Below are positions 26,171 to 37,932 of a stretch of DNA of 64,000 nt, piece after piece. Positions within the stretch are counted from its first letter, which is position 1; each line of letters begins with the position of its first letter. Both the position numbers and the translations under genes were made by a program. Source of the DNA: Basidiobolus meristosporus CBS 931.73 (lineage: Eukaryota; Fungi; Basidiobolomycota); assembly GCA_002104905.1 (NCBI GenBank), contig MCFE01000136.1:62001-126000 (forward strand), in the 5' to 3' direction. The notes beneath the pieces are model-generated. The model had not been told where the DNA came from and searched no databases. It worked only from the letters and a program-made list of their open reading frames with translations.

Positions 26171-27367
26171 TTTGAGGATAATTTTTGCAACATAATGATG
26201 GAATAGATGGAAGTAGATGTGGGTTTAATCATAATGCATGGAAAATCAGATAAATTAAGACAATTGTGCCATATCAAATTTTATCAAATCCATTTGATCC
26301 TGCACCTGTTTTAATATAACTCATTTGTCCGGATGGTAATCTCCCATCAATCCCATTGCTTCCACTGAGTTTATTTTAACAAATTAGCGGAGGTAAATAC
26401 TCAGTACTGTGGACCATCTATCCTTATCTACTCAAGGTGATCCCTTGTTAGGCTTCTATGCTATTACAAGGACTATTGGCCTATTAGGTTTCCACCCACC
26501 ATCCATGACAGCAAAAGTTCTATAAGCTTTCATTCCAGGCTGACAGCAATTGAGAACCACCTTGCAATGGCAATGAATTACTTGGAGCAAGCTTGGATAC
26601 TAGATTAAGAAGTTCCAATTGACTTCCATATTCCAGAGTGCTCAGTTACAGGTTCCATAACAGGAGTTTTTTAGCTACCTTCCCAGTCAGGATAAACAGA
26701 CCTTCCAGAGGGCAGGGGCACTTTGATTCTGGCAACCACAGAGCATGCTGTATAAAGTTTTAAACACTGTCCAACATTGAGGGTAATATCATCTGGCTCA
26801 GTGGGACATTTGCTGGAATTAGGTATGACAATGCACTCTGGGCAGAGAATTATCCAGAATTTTTTATAGGGAGGAAATATATGGCAAATGTAGCCAATTG
26901 TCACAGAATAGATGTATTATAGCTCATAGGAATCTAAGGAATGGTATGCTTAGCAGGAAGCAGAAGCCCTATAATGTGATATTAAACTATCTCAGAGTGA
27001 GAGTAAAGCATATATACGGACATCTAATGCGATTCAGTATATTGACAGGTAAATAAAAAGAAAATTCACATATAAGAGAAAGCAATAGAATAGGTAAAAA
27101 CTTAGGATATTCATAAATGTACAGTATATTCATACAAGAGGACATCCATTGAGGGAAATGTGTCTGGAGCATTAAGAATACTAAACACATCATGAAAAGC
27201 ACTTTTGTGAGCAACATAGCCAATCATGAGTAGAATTACCAGATACTTCATCCTACCACTGGAATGCCATAGAGAGTAGAATGCCAGATATTGTCATAGA
27301 GTGCAAGATCAATCCAGCAATATAAGAAGGCTGGCACTTTATGGCACTATTAAATGGAATAAGTCTA
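26170..27367 (-). mobile_element. Type-2 TAG-TIR element (terminus at 27367 plus interior)
   Basis: Ends GGAATAAGTCTA at 27367. Homologous to 1437-1691 (inverted) and 490-1400. Confidence 0.7.
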
Positions 27368-29670
27368 ATATATTCCTTCTCCCTGCAAGACTCTAGGCCC
27401 ACTTTTAAACATGCTCCAGCTCTTGTTTGTGTGAATTCTGTATTATGTTGTGTAGAGATTGGTATGTTACCTAGAGAAATCTGGCTTAACTTGATTTAGT
27501 TTTTCAAATAATAATTAGTTGCTTGTTGCATCCAACACAACTTTTCTTTTCTCAATTGATAACCCAAGCATTGAGGATGCTTAGCTTCTTAATGCCATAG
27601 ATACAGGTGTCTCCATGTGCACATCTATCCTTAGTATTTTCCAACTCTTCTTGGCTGTCCTCCATGTGGTATTTCATTACACTCACAATGAACTTAAAGG
27701 TAATATTGCTGACAGGATTGGGATATGGAAGTACCTGCAACTAGACTTGTCTCCATATCTCTCTCACATCTGCTGCATAGGAACCTCCTGAAAGGTGCAG
27801 CAAGGCCCAATATTTTCAAAACACCAAGCCAGATGGAATAGTGAATGGGTACAGAAGCGGCCAATATTTATGCATTCAGCTTTATGTCTGTAGTATAGTT
27901 GCTCAAATCCTGTTACAAACTTCTTGCACACAAGCTGTGGATATTTCAAGTTGGCATTGGTGATCTGCTTCTCAATAAATATTCCTGCAATGTCCACATA
28001 TGACTTGCAATGTTTCCTCTTTATTCTTGGTAGAAATGGCTTCAGAAAGCCACTTGAATAAATACATATACAGTTCATCTAGTGCTTGCACTTATATTGT
28101 TGCATATTTGCATGAATGTTGATCAGAGTCTGTGAGAAGTACTTTGGATAGAAGATATCCGGTGATATCTTGCCAGCTCTATCAATTCTCTCCCTGGTAT
28201 CTGGAAGGGCTTGTTTAGCTTGAAATGCCCCATGTACAACTTTGTCATCAGTATAGATAGGGTGTTGAAAAGTAAGTGCATTGCTCCCCACAGAAAGCCT
28301 CTGCTCCAATAGATACCCTCTATTTTATGTATCTCTGATTTCTAGTTAATTTCATTTTCTAGAATTTAACTTTTAGCCCACCTACTTGCTGCAATTGCAA
28401 GCTGCCTTCTGTACATTCTCTCTGCTGCAAGATGATGTTCTTAGTGTTGGTCCTTGGGTAATAACAGTGTGGTGAGTTATGGAGTATATCCTCTAGATCT
28501 GACACATTTGTCATAAGTACTACACATTGTGCCCAGAACAGCAGGCTATCTTACTGAGGGCTGGGATTATGCAATGCAGATAATAATATGGGCGTTGACA
28601 CAATGGCCACTTATTGATATCCTGCTGGAAAGCACACAAATTTCTTCCAGCAAAGAATACAGGTAGCTATCCAGTTTGGACCATGCATAAGGCCCAAACA
28701 CAGGTGGGACTACTATTAGATCTTGGCTCCAATACCATAAGATAAACAGCAGATTAAGGTTGATGAGAGTCAGTGGACAGCAAAATTAGCTGGTAGAGTA
28801 CTTCTTTAATGAGAGTCCATCAAGTGCCAAGAAAAAGGGATGTTCATATATACCTTAAAAGTCAATCTTGTTTCTTAGCTGTTTGTAATGTTTACCATCA
28901 AATATATTGAATGTGTTTGTGGTCAATTCATACTGAGTGAGGTACTTTATAGCTTCACAACATTTTTAAGACAGCATGAGCTTCTTTAGATGGTTTATCA
29001 CTGGAATATATCTACAGTGTGGACAATCTTTCCCCCAATGGTGGCGGGTTCCTGACAAATGAACACCTGACAATAGTGGCATGTTCTGATATGAAGGCCA
29101 TGCAACTTCTTACACATGCAGGTAGCAGGATGGCCCCTGGATCATAAGTTACCAATGGCATGGCAGTAGTACAATTATACTAAGTACATGGTAAATTGTG
29201 TCCTGAGATGATTTTGTCTAGTTGTAGTATATCCTCAAAGCCCCCATTACTGATGGTGGTAGAATTCTGCCATTACTCTAGCCACAAAAACACATCATTT
29301 ACTAGTAGATGGATTACTGGGCCTACTTGACTTGATAAAGTATCCTTAGCAATTTTTTTCCAGGAGTATTGCCTGATTGCAATTATATCACACAATCCAA
29401 CTGTAAGCCTGCTTCTTAAAAGCTATCACTCTGTGTGCCATATTTAGAAAGCTGGGGTGAGCCTAAAGGGGTCAACATATTGTTGGTGCAGTAGTGACTG
29501 ATGAGTGGTCAAATATGACATGTGTGGTAAAACACTGGCGCTGACCCTTGCAATATATCCTGTGCTGCCTGCATGCTTCATGGCCAAGAGGCTTGCTACA
29601 ATAGCCACATGGTCTTTTTTCTCTTCTTGAATGGCATTGAATCATGGTAGTACTCTCAATGGGCAAACAA
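27368..29670 (-). pseudogene. CACTA/EnSpm-type transposase, near-complete but decayed, 3'-truncated by a TIR
   Basis: Motifs RPCGYCSKPL, LDSYLYSLLEE, FPVGSNAL, HSLFHL...ENIGPC and QVLPYPN on the minus strand. Confidence 0.85.
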
Positions 29671-29880
29671 TTTGATACTGAACAAATAATGCTATTAAAT
29701 CATTTTCTTGCCAATACTCATGTGTATTTAAGGCTTTCTTGTATTTGAGACATTGCACCTGCATTAATGTAAGAATCAATGATGACCCACCATAGTAAGC
29801 ATTAAAGATGAAAATGTGGCAACACATACATATATATATGTAATACCATTTCCCCTTTGGCTTGACTCACTTTGATATAT

Positions 29881-30900
29881 ATGCCACCAAAAAATAAGGT
29901 CAAGTTGTCTGGCTCACAAGCAAACTACACCACTGACAGTAGCAGATAAATGGCTGTACAACAGTTTGCTTTGACATTCAGTGTAACAACCAGGGCTACA
30001 ACTAAAAAAGGCCCTGCAGACAGGGTTCCCACTAAAGGTAATAATATGGACTCCTCAGGCTTTTAGTCAAGTAGGCAATTGGAAATTTTTGCAGAGCAGC
30101 AAGTTGACCATAAGCTGAGGCAAATGGGCATGTATTATAAGCAGCTCCTTAATTGGACACCAGTAAGTGGCCATTGTAACATCACCACCACCTGTATTAG
30201 CAATTATGCTGTCTGCTCATACTAATACACTAATGAGACAATCAGTTGCAATGACTGATAGGATATATTCAATGGCGCACAGAAATCAGGAATTAGTCCA
30301 GAAACAGAATGAGGGGACAAAAAGTGCTGAGCAATCAATATCCCAGGTTGAGGAACCAGTATCTTTGCTGTAACAAAGGAACTCAAGTAGGTTGATGTCA
30401 CAGCCAAGAATTGAGCCATTTCCCAAAGTAACAGCAGAGGAACCCCATAAAGTCTTTGAAGCATAACTACAATGCCAAAAATATAGCCCAATGAAAACCT
30501 ATCACAGCATGGGAGGGAAAGTTGCAGTGTTTATATCCAATTCTAAAAATTCACTAACATTGAAGAACTGTAAATCTATTCAGTGCAAAGATGACATGTT
30601 AACCAATATTCATTAGGCCATAAGAAGTCTAGCACACCAACACCTTATGGTTAGCATACCATGGGATCATCAGGAACTCAGGGCCAAGCAGAATATACTT
30701 GACTTGATGAATGAGCATTTTCCTGAATTTAAACAAGCAAACACATTTTGGCCTAGCACTGTTATGCCAGGAAAGTATCAGAAGAATAGCAGAAACTATC
30801 AAAGGCAGTAGAACAAGTGTGCAATGATCAAAAACCAGTGCTATTCTTAAGAGCCTGATACAGGCAGGGCCAAAAACTCTAAGCAAGCATCAAAGAGACA
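29881..30900 (+). pseudogene. Second gene of the CACTA-like element (MPPKN..., coiled coil, IPWDHQE...FWPS domain)
   Basis: Homologous to 34000-34998 (-). Conserved block AIRSLAHQHLMVSIPWDHQELRAKQNILDLMNEHFPEFKQANTFWPS. Confidence 0.7.
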
Positions 30901-31141
30901 TCTGGGAATGGGAAAACCCTATTAAATAATTGATTGCACCCTAGAGATCACAAAAAACTTGCTCAAAATTTCTCATCACAAGACAAAAGTGGCTTTTGAT
31001 TGGTTCTCTGCCAGTTCTCCCACTTTCTGATCCCAAACACTCTATTACCTCCTACATTGGTATGCATTGATTGGCTATTATCTCCTTTTCAAATTGCTTA
31101 CTACCTGACTCAACTACTTCTCTTACTTTTCATGTATATGA

Positions 31142-32207
31142 TGTAGTGGGGTCACAGCAACACCCACTAACATATGTGCCTCTTCCCATATTTTCTACTT
31201 CCCTATTTCCTTACTACCCTTATTTTGGTTTTTTCCCATTTGTCATATCCAATCAGTACTATGCCATAAGCCATCTAACTATAATACCAGCTTATTTATT
31301 CCATAAGTTATCCCTCACTTTGTGTAAGCTTACTAGATGTAAGTGCTTCTATATTGTGCAAGTACCCACACCACAACCTGTGGCATATCATCAAAATATG
31401 TCACCATCCCTACCAGTTTCATTCCATATATGGTATCCCTATTTACACAGGTCTCAGAGTACTGTTCCCTGATTGGTTGAATATGATGTGCCCCCTAGAA
31501 CTTTTCAGCATCTACTTATAACATGCTTAGCTCAATCCAATATCATCAATATTTCTCTTGATCTGTGGAACCTTCTAGAACACCATGATTAGTAATCACT
31601 CAGCCAGTGAGAAAAGTATATAAGGGAGGCAATCCCCCAATAGTAAGCTATCATCCCTTTTATCAATATAGCAACTTGCTGATTTTTGTGATCACTCCCA
31701 CCTGCTGCTATCTGAACTTCCAATCCCAGACCACAAGACACTCCCAGGAAACCATGCTGACAGCCAACTGAGCTTGGAGGCACTCCATGTGAGGAGCACT
31801 CAGAATATGTATCTTTTGGTATATTTTATTCTTTCCCAAGTTTGGTCTTATACAGGCAAAGATACTTTTCTATTGTTGCAACTTTGGACCACAGCTGCAT
31901 TCCTATCAAGTCCCAGCTGGTGAAGTTTACAGTTGTTTTGACTTTGCAATCTTTAGTTTATTGTCATCTCAAAGGATGCTGTACTCATCACTTACTGTTG
32001 TTAAGATGCCATCTAAGTTGGGGATTGTAGCTCAAAAGTCTTCTCTTAAGAAGCTTGTGCATCATTGACCTTCATATTAGAGTAGAGACAGAACCCAAGT
32101 ATTTCTAATAAGCTTTTGCCGGAGGTTATTTCACTCAGGGAACACCCAACACAAAACACTTGAGACGTGTTGGATGTATCTCTCCCTTGGACTTATAAAC
32201 TACCAGA
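31142..32207 (-). mobile_element. Solo LTR, lineage S, long subfamily (1066 bp); TSD GCGA (left copy decayed to ATGA)
   Basis: Colinear with 36061-37129. Its reverse complement shares the start and internal blocks of 1826-2629. Empty-site homologue at about 7131-7165. Confidence 0.85.
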
Positions 32208-34998
32208 GCGAACAGATTTATTTCTGTTGAAACTTCTGTTGAACCTCAATTGCCAATTTTTTTAGCCTACAAAAGTACATATATCTACACTAACATCAAG
32301 CTCAACCCCACACTCTACAAGTAAATTCAACAAAATCAACCACTCAATATGTTTTTCTGCTGTAGCACTCTGTTTCCATGACTTTTGCATGAACCCTATG
32401 ATTTTATGCCACTGTTCATTCATTGGTTCCCATGATTCCTGGTCATCCGCTAGCACTGCAAGGTGTAGCTCCTCATTTGCCAGTCTTTGCAATAAATCCT
32501 TGCGTTATTCAAGTGTGTTTTCTTGAGCACCTCTCTTGATGAAGTGCAGTAACCTCTTGGTGTGCCAATTAATGTTTCAATAATCCGCTGAAGTCATTGT
32601 GATAACCTTTAGAGTTCTTGACATTGTTACTTTATCTATGAATGGGATCTGTAATATGTCAACAATAGAGGATGTGGAGGCTATTGTAGACAAATTGCCT
32701 TTCTCTGCAAACTCACCCTATGAAAAATTATTGTAATGATCCCATGAAAGGGCCATCACAAAGCTGAAATCCTGTGACTAAGAGGTACTGATCCCATCAG
32801 GACACTGTCCAGAGGCCATTGGCAAACAATTGCACCCTAGATTTCACAAAAAACATGGTCAAAACTTTTCATCACAACTGAATATAGGTGGCTTTTGATT
32901 GGTTCCCTGCCAGTTTGATAACTTTCTGATCCCAGACACTCCATCACCTCCTATATTTGTGTGTGTTGATTGGCAATTGCCTCATTTTCACACTCCTTAC
33001 TTCCTGACTCATCTGTTTCCCTTACTTTTCATGCTGACAAATTGACCTATTCCTATTGAAATTTCAGTTGTACCTCAATTGCCAATTTTATTGACCTATA
33101 CAAGTCCCTATACCTTACACTAACATTAAGCTCTACCCTGCACTCAGCAAGCAACTCCATTAAAATCCACCACTCAATAGGTATTTCTGCTGTAACGCTC
33201 TGATTTCACAACTTTGGTGGGAATCCAAAGGCTTTGTACCACTGTTCATTCACTGGTTCCCTCACATCCTGGTCTTCAACTGGCACTGCAAGGTCAAGTA
33301 CCTCATCTGCCAGTCTTTGCAATAAATATATGCAGTATTCAAGTGCACTTTCTGGAGCACTACTCTAGAAGAAGTGCTGCAACCTCTTGGTTTGCCTATT
33401 AAAGTTCCAAAATTCCACTGAAGGCACCATTATAGTCTTTTGAGTTCTTAACACTGTAGCTTGTCTGTCAGTAGGATTTCCACTTTGTCAACAATGTAGG
33501 ATATGGGGGCTGTGGTAGACAAACTGCCTTTTTCAGCAAACTCATCTACCTTACTGGAGTGTAGCTCAGCTGGCTGTGCTTCCAACTCATGTGAAAACAG
33601 CTGTAGATGTCTTTCCCTTTACCTTTTCCATTATCACTGCCAGGTCTTTTGCTGCTACTTTGTCTGAGTGCTTCTTATATTGAACTGTGTTTTCCCCTTG
33701 ATATGTTCTGCTCTGACACATCTGTTTTGGCCTGCTTGTCCCTTGCTGGCACTCTCCTGGCCACTTGATGTTTCCATTCTACTTGTTTGAGCCCTCAACT
33801 ATAGTTGTGACAGGCTCTTGTAAAAGCTGCTGGTTTTTATTACTACTAGGTCTTTCAGTGCCACTATGACTGAGTGCTTCTTGAGTGGTACCATGCTTTT
33901 ACTTGATAAATGTTTGCTGGTGTATCTGTGTCTGCCTACTTGTCCCAAATTGGCACTCTTCCAGCTGCTGGATTTCTCTTTGACACTTTTCTGGGGCTTT
34001 TGGCCCTGCTTGCAATAGGCTCTTGAGGAAGCTGCTGGTTTTCAGCCATGGCACCCTTGTTCTTCTGCCTTTGATAGCTTCTGCTATGCTTAAGATGCTT
34101 TCATAGCATACCAATGCTGGTCAAAAATCTGTTTGCCCATTTAAATCCAAGATAATGCTCATGGAACAAGTCAAGTGCATTCTGCTTAGCTTTGAGCTCC
34201 TGATAATCCCATGGTATGCAGGCCTTAAGGTGATGGCATGCCAGACTTCTGACAGCCTCTTGAATATTAGCCCACTCTTCATTATTACACTCAGCAGCTT
34301 TGTCAATCATCAATATCTTTTAATTTTTACGCTTTGCTACTAGCAGCACATTGCCTTCCTCTCACACTGTGAAAGGTTTTTTGGTGGGCTTTATCTTGGG
34401 CACTGTTATTGTGCTTCAAAGACTGTAGTGTGTTCCTCTGCTGCTAAATTGGGAAATGGCTCAATTGTTGGCTGTGACATTGAGCTAATTGAGTTCCTTC
34501 TTTGCGGCAAAGATACAGCTTTCTCTACCTGTGCTATGGATTGCTCTACATATATTAATTGCTCATCCTGTTTCTGGGCTATTTCCTGATTTCTCTGGGT
34601 CATTGCATCTATCCTATTAGCCACTGCACCTCACTGATTCATTTATGCTTTGGTATGAGCTGATAACATACCTGCTAACATTAGTTGTGGTTATGTTATG
34701 AGAGCCACTTGCAGGTCTTCAATTAAGAATACTGTGTTTGCCACATTCTCATCTGCCTGAGCATAACAGTCAGCTTGTGGCTCTGCAGAGGTTCTCAATT
34801 GCCTACTTAGCTGAGAGCCTGAAGAGTCCACATTATTACCTTCAGTGAGCACACTGTTAACATGGCCTTTTTTAGATGTAGCCCTGCTTGTTTCACGGAT
34901 TGTCAAAGCAAGCTGTTGTCCAACTGTTCTTCTGCTGCCATCAATGGTGGGGTTAGGTTGGGAACCAAGCAACTTTGCTTCATTTTTTTTGGCGGCAT
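32208..34998 (-). pseudogene. Longest copy of the second gene of the CACTA-like element, with a tandem duplication of its 3' part (about 32210-32740 vs 32990-33550)
   Basis: ATG at 34998 reads MPPKKNEAKLLGSQ. ORFs 34691, 34406, 34101, 33899 and 32262 are decayed pieces on one strand. Confidence 0.65.
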
Positions 34999-35220
34999 AT
35001 ATATGGAAGTGAGTCAAACCAAAGGGGAAATAGCATTACATATATGTGTGTATGTGGTGCCACAAATTTACTTACAATGCTTACTATGGCAGGTTATCAT
35101 TGAATCTTACATTCATGCATGTGAAATGTCTCAAATACAGGGCTGTCTTAAACTCATATGAGTATTGACCAAAAGGTGATATAATTGCATCACATTGTTG
35201 AGTGTCAAACTGTTTGCCCC

Positions 35221-37177
35221 ATGGACAAACTACTTTGACTTAGCACCATAAGAGAAGAGAAAAAAGACCATATGGCTATTGTGGCAAGCTTCTCAGCAGT
35301 GAAGCATTCAGACAACATAGGAAGTATTACAAGGATCATGGCCAGTGTGTTGCCACACAAGTCATATTTGATCATTCATCAGTCACTACTCTACTAACAT
35401 TGTCTTGCTGGCCAATTGATACTTTAAAATCAGCCCCTGGCTGTCTTTGTCATCTTGCGCAAACTGAGTCAGGTGAGTTTGTGACACCTGTAGGCGCACC
35501 TTAGCCTTTTAAATATGGTATGCAGAGTGATGGCTCTGACACAGAAGGTTGACTGATGGATTGTGAGCTTATCCCCCCTAACAATAGCACTGTATATGAG
35601 CCTGGTCAAATCCAAATATGCAATGAGATCACACCCATTGAAACAAATGCCACGGATACTTTATGGAGCCAAGTGAGCCTAGTAATCCATCTACTGGTGA
35701 GTGATGTAATGTTGTGGCTAGAGAAGTGGTGCATTTCTACTAATATCAGTAATATGGGCTTTGAGTATTTGTTACTACTTCTTGCCAAAATCATTCTGGG
35801 ATGCAATTTACCATATACATGGTACAAGTGGACAACCATCATGCAGCTGGCAACATATGATCCAGAGACTGTCCTGATTCCAGCATGTGTTAACAGTTGC
35901 ATGGCAATCACATCCAAAAATGCTACCATTGCAACATGTCCAAATTGTCCAGAATCCAACAACATTGAGGGAAAACATTGTTCACACTCAAAATATATTC
36001 CAGTAATACCCCATCTAAGGAAGCTAATGCAGTCCAACCAATGTTGCAAAGCTATACTGTTGTAGTGGGGTTACAGTGACACCCACTGACAGATGTGCAC
36101 ATTCCCATATTTTCTACTTCCCTATATCTCTACTACACTTATTTTAGTTTTATCCCATTTGTCTTACCTGATCAGTACTATCCTAGAAGCCGGTTGACTA
36201 TCCCACCTGCTTACCTTATTGCATAAGTTATCCCTCACTTTATGTAAGATTACTAGCTGTAAGTGCTTCTATATTAGGCAAGTACCCATGCCAGTACCTG
36301 CAACACATTATCAACCTGTGTAACCATCCCTACCAATTTCATACCATATATGGTATCCCTATTCTACACAGGTTTCAGAGTACTGATTCCTGATTGGTTG
36401 GATGTGCTGTGCCTCTTAGAACCTTTTGGCACCTACTTAGAACATTCTTAGGTCATTCTGATGTCATTAAGATTTCTATTGATATCCAGAACCTTCTGGA
36501 ATACCATGATTGGTAATCACTTAGCCAGTAAGAAAAGTATACGAGGAAGGCTAACCCTCAACAATAAATCATCATCCCTTTTATCAATATACCAACTTGT
36601 TGATTAGTGTGATCACTGCTACCTGCTGCTACCTGAACTTCCAGCCCCAGACCACAGGACACTCCCAGGAAACCGCACTGACAGCCAACTGACCTTGGAG
36701 GCACTACTTGTGAGGAATACTCACATTAGGTATGTTTATTATATTTGATTCTTTCCCAAGTCTGTTCTTGTACAGGCAAAGATACTCTCTGTCTTTGTAG
36801 CTATTGACCACAGCTGCATTCTTATCAAGTCCCTGCTGGTGGAGTTTACAGTTGTTTTGACTTTGGAAGCTTTAGTACATTGTCATCTCAAAGGAAGCTG
36901 AGTTCAGCACATACTTTTGTTAAGACGCCAACTAAGTTGGGGATTGTAGCTCAATAGTTTTCCCTTGACAAGCTTGTGGCTTTATTCCCCATCACATTAG
37001 ATTAGAGACAGAACCAAAGTATTTCTAGCAAGCTTTTGCCAGAGGTTGTTGCACCCAGTGAACACCCCACACACAAAACACTTGAGAAGAGTTGGATGTA
37101 TCTCTCCCTTGGACTTATACACCACCACACCATACTGCACTCAGTATCAGTCAAGCGCAAACATATCTATTACATAT
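35221..37177 (+). pseudogene. CACTA transposase 5' part, interrupted by a solo LTR (36061-37129) and truncated by the MITE
   Basis: IPACVNSCMA...CPNC...YIPVIPHLRKL, near-identical to 8358-8760. Resumes in register at 37130. Confidence 0.85.
36061..37129 (-). mobile_element. Solo LTR, lineage S, long subfamily (1069 bp); TSD CCGT (decayed to CTGT on the left and CCAT on the right)
   Basis: TG...CA ends. Empty-site homologue at about 8735-8760. Colinear with 31142-32207. Confidence 0.88.
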
Positions 37178-37932
37178 TAGACTTGTTCCATTAGATAGTG
37201 CCACATTAAGCCATGAGTGCCAAATGATGCCATGAGTGCCAGATGATGCCATAGTGTGCCAGAGAGGCCAAGTGACCCTATACTTGGCCACAGAGTGTGA
37301 AACATATCTCTGCATCTTCATGCAAAGCATCCCCTGTGTTTCATCTATGATGCAGGAGAAAATCCATTTTTTGATATTTTTTTGTGGATCAATATTGTGC
37401 AGGATGTGCAAGAGCAATAAAGGATTGAAGATATGCATCTGGTACTCAATACCCATGGTACTCTGAATCTAGCTCCTATGGCTTGTAACATGTCACAAAA
37501 ATGCATGGCACTATCTTGGTCCACTGGTACTATGTGGCACTATATTTAAATATTAGCCCTGAAGGAAGATCTATACAAAGCACTTATAGTACCAGATAGT
37601 ACCAGTGGACCAAGATAGTGCCATTCATTTTTGTGACATGATACAAGCTACAGGAGCTAGATTCAGAGTGCCGTGGGTATTGAGTACCAGATGCATATCT
37701 TCAGTTCTCCTGTGCTCTTACACATCCTGAGCTACATTGATCCACAAAAAAAGGTCAAAAAATGGATTTTCTCCTGCGCAATGGGTGAAATACAGGGGCT
37801 GCTTTACATGAAGATGCAGAGCTATGTTTCACACTCTGTGGCCAAGTATAGGCTCACTTTACCTCTCTGGCACACTATAGCATCATTTGGCACTCATGAC
37901 TCAATGTGGCACTATCCAATGGAACAAGTCTA
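37178..37932. mobile_element. 755-bp foldback MITE with roughly 350-370-bp inverted arms and TAGACTTGTTCC termini
   Basis: The left arm (about 37178-37550) is the reverse complement of the right arm (about 37585-37932). Further copies at 1-385 and 1692-2720. Confidence 0.9.
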
